A DNA stretch of 64,000 nucleotides from Chrysomallon squamiferum (lineage: Eukaryota; Animalia; Mollusca). The translations under genes and the position numbers were made by a program. A model generated the notes under the pieces. The model ran no database searches and was not told where the DNA came from. It saw nothing but the letters and a program-made list of their open reading frames with translations. Location of the stretch: positions 35,774,001 through 35,838,000 of the forward strand of contig CM022671.1 of NCBI GenBank assembly GCA_012295275.1, in the 5' to 3' direction. This document shows, in pieces, positions 1 to 13,778 of the stretch (positions are counted from its first letter, which is position 1; each line of letters starts with the position of its first letter).

Positions 1-48
<48 letters not shown>

Positions 49-1142
49 ACACACACACACACAGGCACGCACACACACACAACAGCAGGTTTTACAAGAA
101 CAGACGAGAACTGGAGACTAAAACAGATTTAACATTTCACTGTACTTGATATATGATGACCTTTACACTGACCCTGGTCAACAGCGGTCAGCAGTTGTAG
201 AAGTAGTACAACATCTCGCGCACACACGACCTTGCCCTGACTTCGTAAGAAACATCTGTAGTCTGTTCGTCTGCTGATTGCAATGAAGTATGTCACGTGA
301 CAGCTAGTCTCAGGACAGGTCCAGGGGGAAAGTGGGAGGGGCAATCTGGATAATCTGCTTAATTTCACAAATATACGTTGTAGAGAGTTAAATAGTTGTC
401 TTCAGTGTCTTCTTCATTTATATTTACTAAGATTATTCAGATTAAAACTGTTTCTATTCCGTGCCGGTTTCTAAAGAAGATTATTTTCACATTTTATAAA
501 GTGTCGGTGAGCATAAAGTTACAAGTAAAAATCATGTTTCTGTTTTTTCTATTTAAACTTTATTCTGGATGCTCATTCCCCCCGCCCCCCAAAAAAAAAA
601 AAAAAAAATAAAAAAAAAAAAAAAAAAAAATAAAAAATAAAAATAAAAATTATTAAAAAAAAAATAAAAAGTAAATAAATAAATAAAATTTAAAAAATAA
701 AAAACCACCCCAAAAACCACCAAAAAAGAAACTAAAAGAAAACCATAAAAAATACCCTAACAAAACAAAAACAAAACAACAACAAATAAAAAACAAACAA
801 AACAAAACAACAGTAGTATCTACTTTTCACATCTAACATTTTACACTGACATATTCAGGTGGTCGGAATTGCCAGATTCCAGTTAAAATTGCTGAACACG
901 TGTGAAAGTTGTTTTAGTAGACAAACACGAGTGTTGTCACTCGTAACTAAAACGTATTTCAAAACAGTGAAGTATTTTGTACATGTTTGAGTGTGCGTGT
1001 GAGTGTGAGTGTGTATGTTTGTGTTTATGAGTGCGACATAGAGAGAAATAAGAGAATAAGAAAGATACAGAGAAAAAAAGAAAGTAATATATACACAGAA
1101 AGAGGCTGGGAAAGAGAGCGAAAGAAAGAGACTGAGAGAAAT

Positions 1143-1240
<98 letters not shown>

Positions 1241-1464
1241 TAATTAATAAACCAAACATTTGAACTATCATCTTTCTGAAGTGTTCCAGTTTTAATCTTG
1301 CAAATAAGTCAGACCAACTTTTTTTTTTTTCTTCTAGATATGTAACCAGGTTTCTCGTTAGAGTAATATTAAATCTGTGTTTGACTATGATTAATGTTTC
1401 GGCACGACACAAACGAATTCTTGTTTTTACTGTAAGATAAAAGTTTGCCGTTTCTTTCACTTAC

Positions 1465-1652
1465 TCATAGCGGCCTACTTTCATGCCTCCGAAATTTCCA
1501 AATATTTCACCGGTCAACCCGCATTTCCTGACACGAGTTTCCGCTCTGCTGAAATAACTCTTAACTGTCACACAGCCAGTCTTGAGGCCACGCAGATTAA
1601 ACCTCTCAACTTTCCTGTGGTAGTTAGCAGGATCGAATCGCGACACCGGCAT
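1465..1652 (-). CDS. Probable first coding exon of an unidentified gene that continues leftwards
   Basis: ATG at 1652, then 62 non-repetitive codons (MPVSRFDPANYHRKVERFNLRGLKTGCVTVKSYFSRAETRVRKCGLTGEIFGNFGGMKVGRY). The frame ends exactly at a perfect donor GA|GTAAGT (phase 2), and the apparent ORF stop lies inside that donor. GC is higher than in the flanks. Product not recognised. Confidence 0.5.
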
Positions 1653-2091
1653 TTAATTGCTGATATTTGTTGGGTTGAAATCACGAACCTGATGCGTTAA
1701 CTTCACTAATCTTCTAACACACTAACACCGTATTACACATGATCAGTGTTTTTAGCGAGAGCAGACAGACAGACAGACAGACGGAAATATTTTCACATTA
1801 GAAACTAGAGGTGAGAAATGAAATTTGATCCATTTGACAATGTTGCGTACCTTCGTATGACTTATGGTCCTACAGAAATTAGCTGAACATTACGAGAAAT
1901 GTGTTTTAAACATGAACATTTTTCAAAAAAAACAAACAAACAAAAAAAAACCACCTGAGAAAGAAGATCTGGGTGTCTGTCAAACATGATTCATTTATTG
2001 CTCTGTTATATCAGAAACTTTCCAACAGCTCAGAATTAATCTTTTTCTAGATCTGTGTAGAGAAAAATACATCTCACATCCTTACTTTAAA

Positions 2092-3213
2092 GGAAAAAAG
2101 CTCAGAGTATCCAGCTGTCTACAGAAGAAAGATTCAGAATATCCAGATGTTTAAAGAAGAAAGATTCAGATTATACAGATGTTTAATGAAGAAAAATTCA
2201 GAATATACAGATGTTTAATGAAGAAAGATTCAGAATATCCAGATGTTCAGTGAAGAAAGATTCAGAATATACAGATGTTTAAAGAAGAAAGATTAAGAAT
2301 ATACAGATGTTAAAAGAAGAAAGATTCAGAATATACAGATGTTTAATGAAGGAAGATTCAGAATATACAGATGTTCAATGAAGAAAGATTCAGAATATAC
2401 AGATGTTTAAAGAAGAAAGATTAAGAATATACAGATGTTAAAAGAAGAAAGATTCAGAATATACAGATGTTTAATGAAGAAAGATTCAGAATATACAGAT
2501 GTTTAATGAAGAAAGATTCAGAATATTCAGATGTTTAATGAAGAAAGATTCAGAATATACAGATGTTTAAAGAAGAAAGATTAAGAATATACAGATGTTA
2601 AAAGAAGAAAGATTCAGAATATACAGATGTTTAATGAAGGAAGATTCAGAATATACAGATGTTTAAAGAAGAAAGATTAAGAATATACAGATATTTAAAG
2701 AAGAAAGATTAAGAATATACAGATGTTTAATGAAGAAAGATTCAGAATATACAGATATATAAAGAAGAAAGATTAAGAATATACAGATGTTTAATGAAGA
2801 AAGATTCAGAATATACAGATATATAAAAAAGAAAGATTAAGAATATACAGATATTTAAAGAAGAAAGATTAAGAATATACAGATGTTTAATGAAGAAAGA
2901 TTCAGAATATACAGATATATAAAGAAGAAAGATTAAGAATATACAGATGTTTAATGAAGGAAGATTCAGAATATACAGATGTTTAAAGAAGAAAGATTAA
3001 GAATATACAGATATTTAAAGAAGAAAGATTAAGAATATACAGATGTTTAATGAAGAAAGATTCAGAATATACAGATATATAAAGAAGAAAGATTAAGAAT
3101 ATACAGATGTTTAATGAAGAAAGATTCAGAATATACAGATATATAAAAAAGAAAGATTAAGAATATACAGATGTTTAATGAAGAAAGATTAAGAATATAC
3201 AGATATTTAAAGA
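2092..3213. repeat. 32-bp minisatellite, about 35 copies
   Basis: Unit GAAGAAAGATTCAGAATATACAGATGTTTAAT, with recurring variants (TTAAGA/TTCAGA, GTTTAAT/ATATAAA). Period of 32 measured between 2220 and 2252. Confidence 0.95.
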
Positions 3214-3356
3214 AATCGTTTCTACAGCTCTGTATTTACGTCAGCATTATTTACATGAAAATGTTTTAGAAATTTTACTTTCAAAATAAAGAAAAACATT
3301 TTACAGGTGCAGTTTCTGATCTGAATTGTGTGACATGTTTCACCTTCAACATCCAG

Positions 3357-3387
<31 letters not shown>

Positions 3388-3777
3388 GGCCCTAATTCTA
3401 ATACAACCTACATCTAAACTAAGTTTATTTTTAACCTACAAACGATAAATTAAAACTACATAATTACATCTACAAAGTGTCTTTATTATCTATGTTTATA
3501 AATAGAAGATTTGGCTGCCATTATTTAACTTTTATTACCAGCTATGTTACAAAGCGACGTGGTTTACTAGGCTACATTTAACTTTCAACATCGTCTTGTT
3601 AACTGTCGTTTCTTTGGAAATGTATAAAAAAAAGAAGAAGTTTTTTCTCAAAGACAGGTTATGTGTCGGGTCACTGGAGCGTGAAGTGTGAACACATCCA
3701 TCTTACCGTGTCTGCGAAAATAACCCAAAGACATTTTACAGTGATATAAATATAAAACATTTCTGTAATAGAATGTA

Positions 3778-4195
3778 TGCATACATACATACATACGTAT
3801 ATACATAGATACATACATTCATACATACATACATACATACATACATACATACATACATACATACATACATACATAGATACAAACACACAGACACATACAC
3901 ACATACATACATAATACATACATATCATACATAAATAAATACATATATACATACATACATACATACATATATACATACATACATACATAGATACATACGT
4001 ACATACATACATACATATATACATACATACATATTTAGAGACATACATACGTACACACATATACATATTTACTAACACATACATATATACATGCATTTAG
4101 ACATACAAACATATATACACACATACATACAAATACGCATACGTACCTAACATACGTCCACATATATACACGTACGTACGTACATACATACATAC
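3778..4195. repeat. Degenerate (TACA)n microsatellite
   Basis: Direct inspection; source of the MYVC-type ORFs. Confidence 0.9.
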
Positions 4196-4887
4196 GTCTC
4201 TACAGTACCCCACCAAAAAAAAAAAGCAACAGCAAACGTCAATGCACAGTTAGTACGTATACATAGCAATTAACTAAAACAATTAACGAGGTAATGAGGT
4301 TGATAAAAGCGAAGGTGACAAAGAAATAATCACTGATAACAACAATAAAAGAAACGATACACGACGAAATAAAGAAAAAAGGTTACAAGACGTTGTTGAA
4401 AAGCTCTGTGTGTGTCACTGTGAATTAAAAACTCTAATTAAACCCGCTGAGTCAACACTTTGATCTAATTACACCTGTACAGATGGCGCCATGATCATCA
4501 TTCGTGATTTATCATAATTCTTTTTCTTTTTAACGATTTTTCTCCAAACGTGACCGGTGTATCATGTCAAAAATATGAACGAACATGAATTTTTTTTTTA
4601 GTTTTTATTTTAAATATTAATGTTAACTGAGAGATGATCCAGCTTAATCCTAATAAATCTCCTTGTCTTACAAAGTGATACACACACCGGATTAACATTA
4701 AGGACAAAAAAAAAGCTATCAGAAGACCGAGGGGTCGGGTATGGTAATGATAAAATCTGATATTGGAGCGGTAACTCGGGTTTGAACAAGCCACAGGTCA
4801 TGAAATGATATCAATAACAGCATTGTTTAAACTAAAACATGTCCATTCGTTCAACAGTATAGAAATCTTTATTTTATTCTGTTTTGT

Positions 4888-4945
<58 letters not shown>

Positions 4946-5454
4946 GTAGTAGTAGTAGTAGTAGTAGTAGTAGATAGTGCTAGTTGTAGTAACAGTAGTA
5001 ATAATAATAGTAGTACTAGTAGAAGTAGCATTGATGATAGTAGTAAATGTATTAACAATATCAGTAGCCTCCTAGTAGTAGTGATAGTAATAATGGTAGA
5101 AAATGTTAAATTATAAAAATAAAATATTATTATTTATTATTATATGTACAATTTATGTTCATTCTGTGAAATACTTACAGGTAAATTCATAAAACATTTT
5201 TCTGTTAATTATTTTTTTCATTTTATTAATAAATATTTTCATAACGAATTCCAGATACTGCAGTAATCATGGATTTAACAAGAGGAATATTATTCTTTCA
5301 TTAGAAATACATTGTGATTTACAAACCGGTATAACTGTGATATGAAAACCCAGATCGGGGAAACATTAACTATTTGATTACCTGACAGCAGGTGCAAATC
5401 CAGTAGGTGGATTTGTAAACGAAATGGGCCCATCTACTGATCTAACCTTTTATT

Positions 5455-5456
<2 letters not shown>

Positions 5457-5533
<77 letters not shown>

Positions 5534-5585
5534 GTGTATGTGTGTGTGTGTGTATGTGTGTGTGTGTATGTGTGTGTCTGTGTGT

Positions 5586-5646
<61 letters not shown>

Positions 5647-5662
5647 TGTGTGTGTGTGTGTG
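5457..5662. repeat. (TG)n microsatellite
   Basis: Direct inspection. Confidence 0.95.
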
Positions 5663-6465
5663 ATCGCCATGTTTTAAAAAAAGTGAAAGTCTCGCGTCTG
5701 ACAGATTTCATGTTTGAAAAAGTCGAAAGCTCGCGTCTGACAGATTTCGACTTTATTCTCAGTGAGTTTCTCTCTTTTCTTAATGATCACTTTGAACATT
5801 TTCAAGTGACTACCTAAACTTACAGAAATAACTTATCTTACTGCTTCTGTCAAATGTGTTTTCATTACATCAACATTAGCTCGAAGTAGCTGTAATAGCT
5901 TTGAAGCGAAATAAAGATTGTTGTTTGTAATAGAATTAAAACGAAATGAAAAGTATTGATTCTCAGCGTGTTTAATAAAATAATATATATATATATATTT
6001 ATAATGTGTATCTACAGGTTCATGGTCTGTTAACTTTATACAAAGGTTTCTTCTTTCGTTTTTGCTCACAGATCAGGGCAAAAGTAACTGATTTCCGATG
6101 TCAACTAACTAAAATTTGATATTTGGATTCAAACAAGGATTACTGATATTTCCTGAAATAAAACAAGTTTCAGTTTAACAGTAAACACATTTTACATCAG
6201 TTTGTCCATGAAACCCAAGTCACTACACATCTTACATATCTGTTACTGTGACTGTTATTACATTTATCAAAACAAATGCAGCAACAGTAACTAATACTAC
6301 AACTACTTCGATATTGCAACCACTACCATGACTATTTCAACTACTATACGACTACTACAACTCCTAATTTCAGTGGTAATGCTGCTCTTATACTACTTCT
6401 ACTACAGCGGCTATTACTAGTATACTGCTAGTACAACTACTGCTGCTACTACCACTACTTCTGCC

Positions 6466-6527
<62 letters not shown>

Positions 6528-7282
6528 TAACAATAACAACAACAATAATAATGACAATAACAATAATAATAACGACGATGATGATGATGATGATGATGAT
6601 GATAATGATGACGATGATAATAATACAGTAAGCTAGAATGATCATTACACGCAGTATGGCAGCACGAATGAGAACAGTACCAATCAAAGACATACCGTCA
6701 CCACAAACACTCAAACTTGACTAACCAAAAAGAACAACAAAAAGACGTTTTTTTTAAGTATCTGACAATGACATATGGAGCACGATCCGAGATGATCATT
6801 TAAAGCTACAAACACACTGAACTGCTTGATGTGAGGCTCAGGGACTCATCATGGTCGAACGAGGACTTAGAAAAGATTCGTGTGAAGCACGCTGGTATTG
6901 TACTCCGTTTTTGAAGACTTCTCAAAACCTCGCTGTTTATCTAATAGCTCTACACCTCGGCGATCAGATGCAATCAACACACGAGCGCACCGAGGCAGAA
7001 AATTAAAACTTTGCGTGTCGGTCACAGGTGGTCGTAGAATCTGGTGGACAAATGACCAAAAGTTTTAATGATTAGTTTTCTATGTGAGAAAAAAAAAAAA
7101 AAAAAATCATTTAGATTGCAGATTTCTTGTTTTGCTAACATCAGCGATTGCAAAGTTTGTGTTAAAAAGTTGGAAGACTGACAATAAAGTGAACTAATCA
7201 GATAATCAGATTTTCAAGTCTGTCAAAGTAGCTGAACTAAGACAAATGTTCTAGTTCGCAGACAAATTATAAAGCTACTTGT

Positions 7283-7425
<143 letters not shown>

Positions 7426-9032
7426 ATTTCGTACTTTATCCCTTATTTCTTTTTATCGTAGTGTCTGTTTGACATTCAATCATTCCTTTTGTCTGTCTGT
7501 AAATTTGTCTGAAGCTACACGTCGCACAGAAAAACACAGCATCTCTTTTCTGTACAATCTATAAACTCGCTAATAAACACAAAACTAATCTGACATTTTG
7601 TTCAAGATGGCATCAACACGCAGCACAATTCATTTTAAAACCAACATTCAGCAAATGTTCGCAGCCAAACTGGGAGTAAATTAATACGTTTTTAAACTGG
7701 AAATCAGCAGAAACGAACCCAGACTTCACGAAGTATCATATCTGAGGAGAAAGTGAAGTATCAGAAAACAATAACACGTGCTATGATGCTTCGCCAAGAG
7801 GCAACCCGTAAACGAGGGTAATCCTGATAAATGTATGTTGAAGTGAACCACGTCATCAGGTGTTAATTCGGCGCAGGCCACGATGTTCGCTTTGACGCCA
7901 ACGTGTCTAGTTTACGGCAGCAGCTGTCGGAAAGAAAAAACCTTTCTGACGTACATTTAAAATTGTCTACAGTCCACTTTCAAAATAACATTTACTACAA
8001 GAACTGGGATTCCTTGATGGACAAAGTAAAAAAAACATTTTGGGGAAAGAAAGCACAACAAGAAACCAAACAGAAGTCCGAAAAGTCAAAATAAGAAAAG
8101 ATGAGCAATAAGATAGAGAGACAGACAGACAGACAGACACCTGTGGAATTAGCGTTTTGTCAGTTGGCTTAGTTTGGCTGTTAATTATCTAAATAAGTAG
8201 CAGACACAGAAAACATTCACGTATTATTTAGACTGTTTTAAAAACGTAGAACCCTGCTGTTTGAGAAATTCTGAACCAGACACAGAATCCAGTAACTAGT
8301 CAGAGATAAGGTGGAGCACATTGCTGCTAAGTTATCACCCCAGATTAATCCGTCATGGATTCTTTGAAAAACTGCTTCTTTTCCGACCCATTTCTGACTT
8401 ATATCTGTCCACCTCCATCATTTACTGTAAAAAAGAAAATATGATATATATATTTTTTTTTTGACAAACAGAAAACGCAGCATGATGCTTGGATGCTGCC
8501 TAAAGAAGACGGCGACTGAGGCAAGGAAAAGGGAACAAAACATTTAAATACGTCTTGTGTTCGCTGAGCAAAGATTTGAAAGAAAGATTTTTTAGAGTCA
8601 AATGTTAGGCCTGTTATCATGCAGCTTATGCACCTTAGTGCACCGCGGGTACCCTCCGCCAGTTTTCAAGTGTGAATCTCAATGGATTTGTTTGAGTTAA
8701 AGATCGCTCTTTGTCATTCTGTGATGGGTTGTTCAGTGATTGTGAGTCTAGCAGGTGGAAAAACCCTGAAAAAAAAAAAAGAAGACTGTTATTAGAGATA
8801 AAATCAGACAGGTAGGTTTTTGTTTGCACATGATAGTAGTTCTTCACAGCAATTGTACAGTTTGACAGATAAACACTGTCGTATCGATTGAGTACTTTAC
8901 TCTTTAGAGTTTTACTATGGGTTTTTTTTTTTTGTTTGCTCGTTTATTTGTGAATGCATTTATGTACGTCTGAGAGAGTCATACAGACAAAAACAACAAT
9001 AACAACACCCCCGATGATATATATATATATAT

Positions 9033-9150
<118 letters not shown>

Positions 9151-9334
9151 AGTTTTTCTGAATGAACCCTAGAGGACTGCCACTGAAAAAGTCAGCGTTG
9201 TTGTTGAGAATCTACATCACCTCGACTGAACTCTGTCGAGGCCTGAGTGTCGCTATCATGTAATCGGACACTACACAGGATACTGTCCATTGTAATTGTG
9301 ACCAGTCAAAGCTGCCTGGGTGGGTGTTTGTTGT

Positions 9335-9708
9335 AAGGGGTACGTGCGAAACCAGAACTCAGCCTGAAACACATCACCTGGAACGAGCGTCCTCGCGGTC
9401 CATCATGAGATATTTTCCTCTGGAAATTTTCCACGTGCTGAAGTTTACATTTCTAGGCGACAGCTAGCAGTGAGATCTCTGAACGAGGCTCGTTTCCGCC
9501 AATCGATGATGAGTTTGTCAATGCCGCAGCCAATGGAAGAACTGGACGAGCTGGAGGGCGGTTTCATGGAAATGTGTCCCAAGGCATAGAATGAACGTGG
9601 AAGGCCTTAAGCCTGGAATGTCAGCCGCATGATCTTTTGCACGTAGGTTTTTTGGAACCTTGACCTTGCCTACGACTATTTATTTTATGCCAAGGCGAAG
9701 TTGCGGTT
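9335..9708 (+). promoter_or_regulatory. Predicted promoter of globin A
   Basis: TATTTAT at 9677-9683 lies about 32 nt before Inr-like TTAGTT (9707-9712). CCAAT boxes at 9499 and 9530. HRE cores TACGTGC at 9341 and reverse at 9639-9645. TGACCTTG at 9661. GGAAATTTTCC at 9422. Confidence 0.55.
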
Positions 9709-9749
9709 AGTTTGGAGCTTGATCAGGATTGAAAGCATCGTCTGCAAAC
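9709..9749 (+). other. Predicted non-coding first exon (5'UTR) of globin A
   Basis: Ends at a perfect donor AAC|GTAAGT (9750). Globin A coding exon 1 is preceded by acceptor TTTCAG (13170) 29 nt before the ATG, implying a 5'UTR intron. Globin B has the same architecture. Confidence 0.55.
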
Positions 9750-10137
9750 GTAAGTAGAACTTTACCATTTTGGGGTTCCAGCACTTCACTTTACTTTTTT
9801 TTTTTACAAAACTGTGTTGTTGTTGTTGTTTTTTTGAAGCATTTTTATTTCAGATGTTTTTATTTATTAATTTGTTAATGCTTCTTGTAGATATGCTTCT
9901 TCTTTTTCATGTTAATTTTGGAATAAATATTTAATTAGTAGATTTCTGCTTAGCTGAATGTTGGCAATTTTTGGTTTCATGCATCTGGAGGTTTGAATTC
10001 TTCTATAGCACGCACTTGTTTTTGTTTTTTTTTTTTTACTTTGTTTCACTTATTGAGTCTCTTTGCATCATCATTGCAATTCTGATGTTTAGTAAAGGAA
10101 AGGAAAGAGTCAAAAAAAGTATCTGCAAGAGTTAGAT

Positions 10138-10201
<64 letters not shown>

Positions 10202-10468
10202 GGCTGGGTAGATATTTCTAGGCAGATAGATAGATATAGATAGAAGATAGACGGGTAGGTAGATAGGTAATTTTTAGAAAGTGAGCTCTGTATTGATGTT
10301 ACTGAACTGTGACAGTAAGAGTCTGTCAGATATTTATACAGAAGATTAGTCTGAGTGGTTTAATCTTGAAATCCCGCTTCTAATCTCAGTGTTCTCTCTG
10401 TATCTGTGTTTACACAGTTTGTATCTCTCCTCGGTGATGCAATTGTGTCTGTCGTAGTCGTTGTTTGA

Positions 10469-10504
<36 letters not shown>

Positions 10505-11660
10505 ACGGGTGGGAAAAGGGTGGGTGCTCTAGTGTGACAATGGTTTATTTGTCTATTTTTAAAAGGGTGTTATTACTGTAAGAGCTGGCGGGATCAGTGA
10601 CAGACGCTCTCCAGGTTGTGGGTGGCGGGTTTGGGTATGTTTAACAGTGGAGCAGTTTTAAAGTTCGAGGTTGTGTAGCAAATCAAAAAGTAAAAACTTA
10701 ATCGTGCATTTTATTGTCTGAAAGGACACAGAGGAGTCGGAAAGCGATGAGGATAAATTTGACTGTTTAATGAGGTTTAGATGACGTTGCAGGTTATTGT
10801 TTAATGCAGTAAGGTTAAGGCTTAAAAAGTGTATCCAACTTTTAATTAGCAAAAAACTGAGGTGAGGTGGAAGATAAGTTGTCTCTGACTAAAGGCGTGA
10901 AAGAGGTTGGAGGTTAAATGTAGGGAGATAATGAATACTTTTTACTTAAAGGTATAAGAGGTTGAAACATAAGATTAAGAATATGCATTGTATTGATAGA
11001 AATATTAAAGCTAAGAAATCAGCTAACTTGAAATAAATAAATAAAATGAATTAAATGATATAAAATATATTTTCACTCTGTCAAACTATGGTTAACAGTT
11101 AATGAAAAAAAAATAAAATAAATAAAGCATTTTGCTGGGTAGATGTGAATCTTTGATTTAACTAAACACGGGTTATGGGCCCACGATCAAAACATTTAGA
11201 CATAAAATATAGTCGAGTGTGATTAATTTATCACAGTGTTGATACTGTGGACGTCGTCGTCGTTTCAAAATCTATCTTTGATGAACATCGTCGTTTCCAA
11301 ATCTGGCTTTGATCTTGGTAAATATTTTTCGTGGGCGGAGTGAGGTTAAGGGAAGAAGGCGGTGACGGGGTCTAAAACAGGAAGTGAACGTTACTGTATT
11401 CTTACGCGACGTAGTAACAGTTGTTAAGGTTATTGTAGTCAACGCTAAAAACAAACATGCGCTCAGACCATTCACCTTGAGATAAATATTTGATTTGCAG
11501 TCTGTCGCATATTCTACTACTGTCATTTACAGTAACTTCTTATGTAATCTTATCTGTGCATGGTCACGTGACAGCACGGACTGTCGTCACTGGCTCTTCC
11601 GCTGTGTCAACGTCCGCTTATCTTTATCTTCTCCTGTTACACTTAGTGACAATAACTTTA

Positions 11661-11716
<56 letters not shown>

Positions 11717-12362
11717 TAACCATACTGATGATTATAATGTTTTATTATAACAATGTTTTTATAATAATAATGATAATAATATTAAAGAATCGTTTTGTAA
11801 TGACAATTTACTGAAAGCAGACGTAAATAAAAATGTTCGCGGGTTTTTTCTCACGGAGAAATTTACACAAACCCTGTCACACATATCGAACGCTTTCTTG
11901 CATCGCATTCCAGAACGCTGTCATTGATAATACAGGTTGCCGGCCCAAACTCAATATTGAGTCTGGTTCGCTGACGTTTGAGACGCGAGATCCTTTCCCG
12001 CCACTGGATCAACAGACGACACAAAGACTCCATTTTGCATAGAGCGCTGCCTGAGAATATAGTCCACAGAGAGAAAACTTCAACCCTTTGTCAAACTGAA
12101 TTAGCTACTGGCCTATCACACATCCACGTTCACCTTTGTTGCTAATAAAAATGTTTTGTGCTTAACCAGATTGCTAGAGGATACAGATAAGCCATCTGTT
12201 ACAAATGTTTTATATATTACAAAATATTATATTTTTCTGCAATAAATTTAGACAACAACTTATAATATGTTTAGAAAATAGAAGTAAATTAATAATGAAA
12301 TAATAATTCAAAACTAAGCAATAATAATATAACATTTTAAAATTAAATAATAATAATAATAA

Positions 12363-12399
<37 letters not shown>

Positions 12400-13199
12400 G
12401 AAAAAGCTCTCCGTGGTTCGAGTATGTTTGCTATTATTTTCTATTTCATCATCACAAAAAGACTTTCATGCCAGTCAGAAATGTTTTGTATTTAAGATGA
12501 CGGGTCTCTATTTCTGTTTTTTTTTTTTTTTTTTTTTGTTCACGCGGGGTTTGGTTTGCTCTTGCTGTTTGTCGACGTAAAGAAAAAAGAACTCGAGGAA
12601 TGTTTCGCGTCTCTGAAATGTCTTCTCTTTTCTCACAAAAAAATAAGTCGTCTGCTCGCAGTTTCTGAATGGGAAGATTTCCGATGACCGGAATGTCGCG
12701 TTTTTCACACGTTTGTCGTCTGAATGTTTGAAGAGATGATGTTGTTGTTAATTTCATTATTTATTTTGATCACAATAAATTTATAATTTTAATTATTTAT
12801 TCTTTTTAAAATTTGTTTTCTCTTTTAGATTAGTTTAACTTTTAATTTTTTTTTTTTTTTTTTATATGATGATGTTCTGTTTTTAAAATGAAATCCACAG
12901 AGACACACATACACACACATGCACACACACACACACACACACATATATATACACACACACATATACATACATACATACACACACACACGGACAAGACAGA
13001 AACTTTTACAGATTAACAAAAACAGGGTTAGCACGCACCATGCACTTTGAACAAGTCACGTGATACTGACCAGGAAGGGAAATAACTCCAAAGTTGATAC
13101 AAACTAGTTTTACTGATATTTTAGATCCAAGCTGCTTGTAATTAACTTAAAAATAAACTTACTATTTCAGCAGTGTGTTTGAGTCTAGCCTAATCCAAC

Positions 13200-13282
13200 A
13201 TGTCTGTCGCCAGCGCAAAGAAGATGTGGAATGATGTCATCGCCAAGGATCTCCAGGGCCATGGCACCAAGATCTTCGTCAA
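13200..13282 (+). CDS. Globin A coding exon 1 (gene join 13200-13282,13779-14004,14265-14372; 138 aa intracellular myoglobin/haemoglobin-like globin)
   Basis: CAACATG start; MSVASAKKMWNDVIAKDLQGHGTKIFV+AA|GTGAGT. Contains the A-helix Trp. Phase-2 intron at the canonical B12.2 position. No signal peptide. Confidence 0.93.
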
Positions 13283-13778
13283 GTGAGTGGCATTTACATT
13301 CATCATCTACAACCACAACAACACTAGTCGCTTTTCTATCATTTGTTAATTAGGCCACCAGTCATTTTGACAGTCATAAAATTTGTTAGAATAAAAAAAA
13401 AAAAAAAAAAATCTTTGACATGGAAGATTTGAACAAACACGTTGGCCACACATCACGTCTTTACTAGAATCAAGTGTCAGTGAAGAGCGCTGGTTAGAAC
13501 GGAAATTAACGTAATGGAATTTTGCCCACTGGCTCTGTTCCATTTCAGATACCTTTCAAACTTTAGATTTGTCTTGTTAATAGATGGATAGAAGAATAGA
13601 AAGAGATAAATAAATAAATAAATAAATAAATAAATTAACGAATGATTGATTCAATAAATAAATGAATAAATAAATGAATGAATGAATAAATAATTGAACG
13701 AATAATTGATTGAATGAATGAATGAATAAATAAATAAATAAATAAATAAACAAATATGTAAATAAATGTTTGTTTTAG

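Noticed and set aside
2092-3213. Regular 29-41-bp repeats (also 48169-48431 and 59272-60078) superficially like CRISPR arrays
   Set aside because: The units are head-to-tail with no unique spacers, there are no cas genes, and the context is eukaryotic; these are minisatellites.
11940-12030. tRNA-like A/B-box traces (also about 4727-4790 and 27470-27520)
   Set aside because: Too degenerate to fold as tRNA or to call confidently as SINEs.
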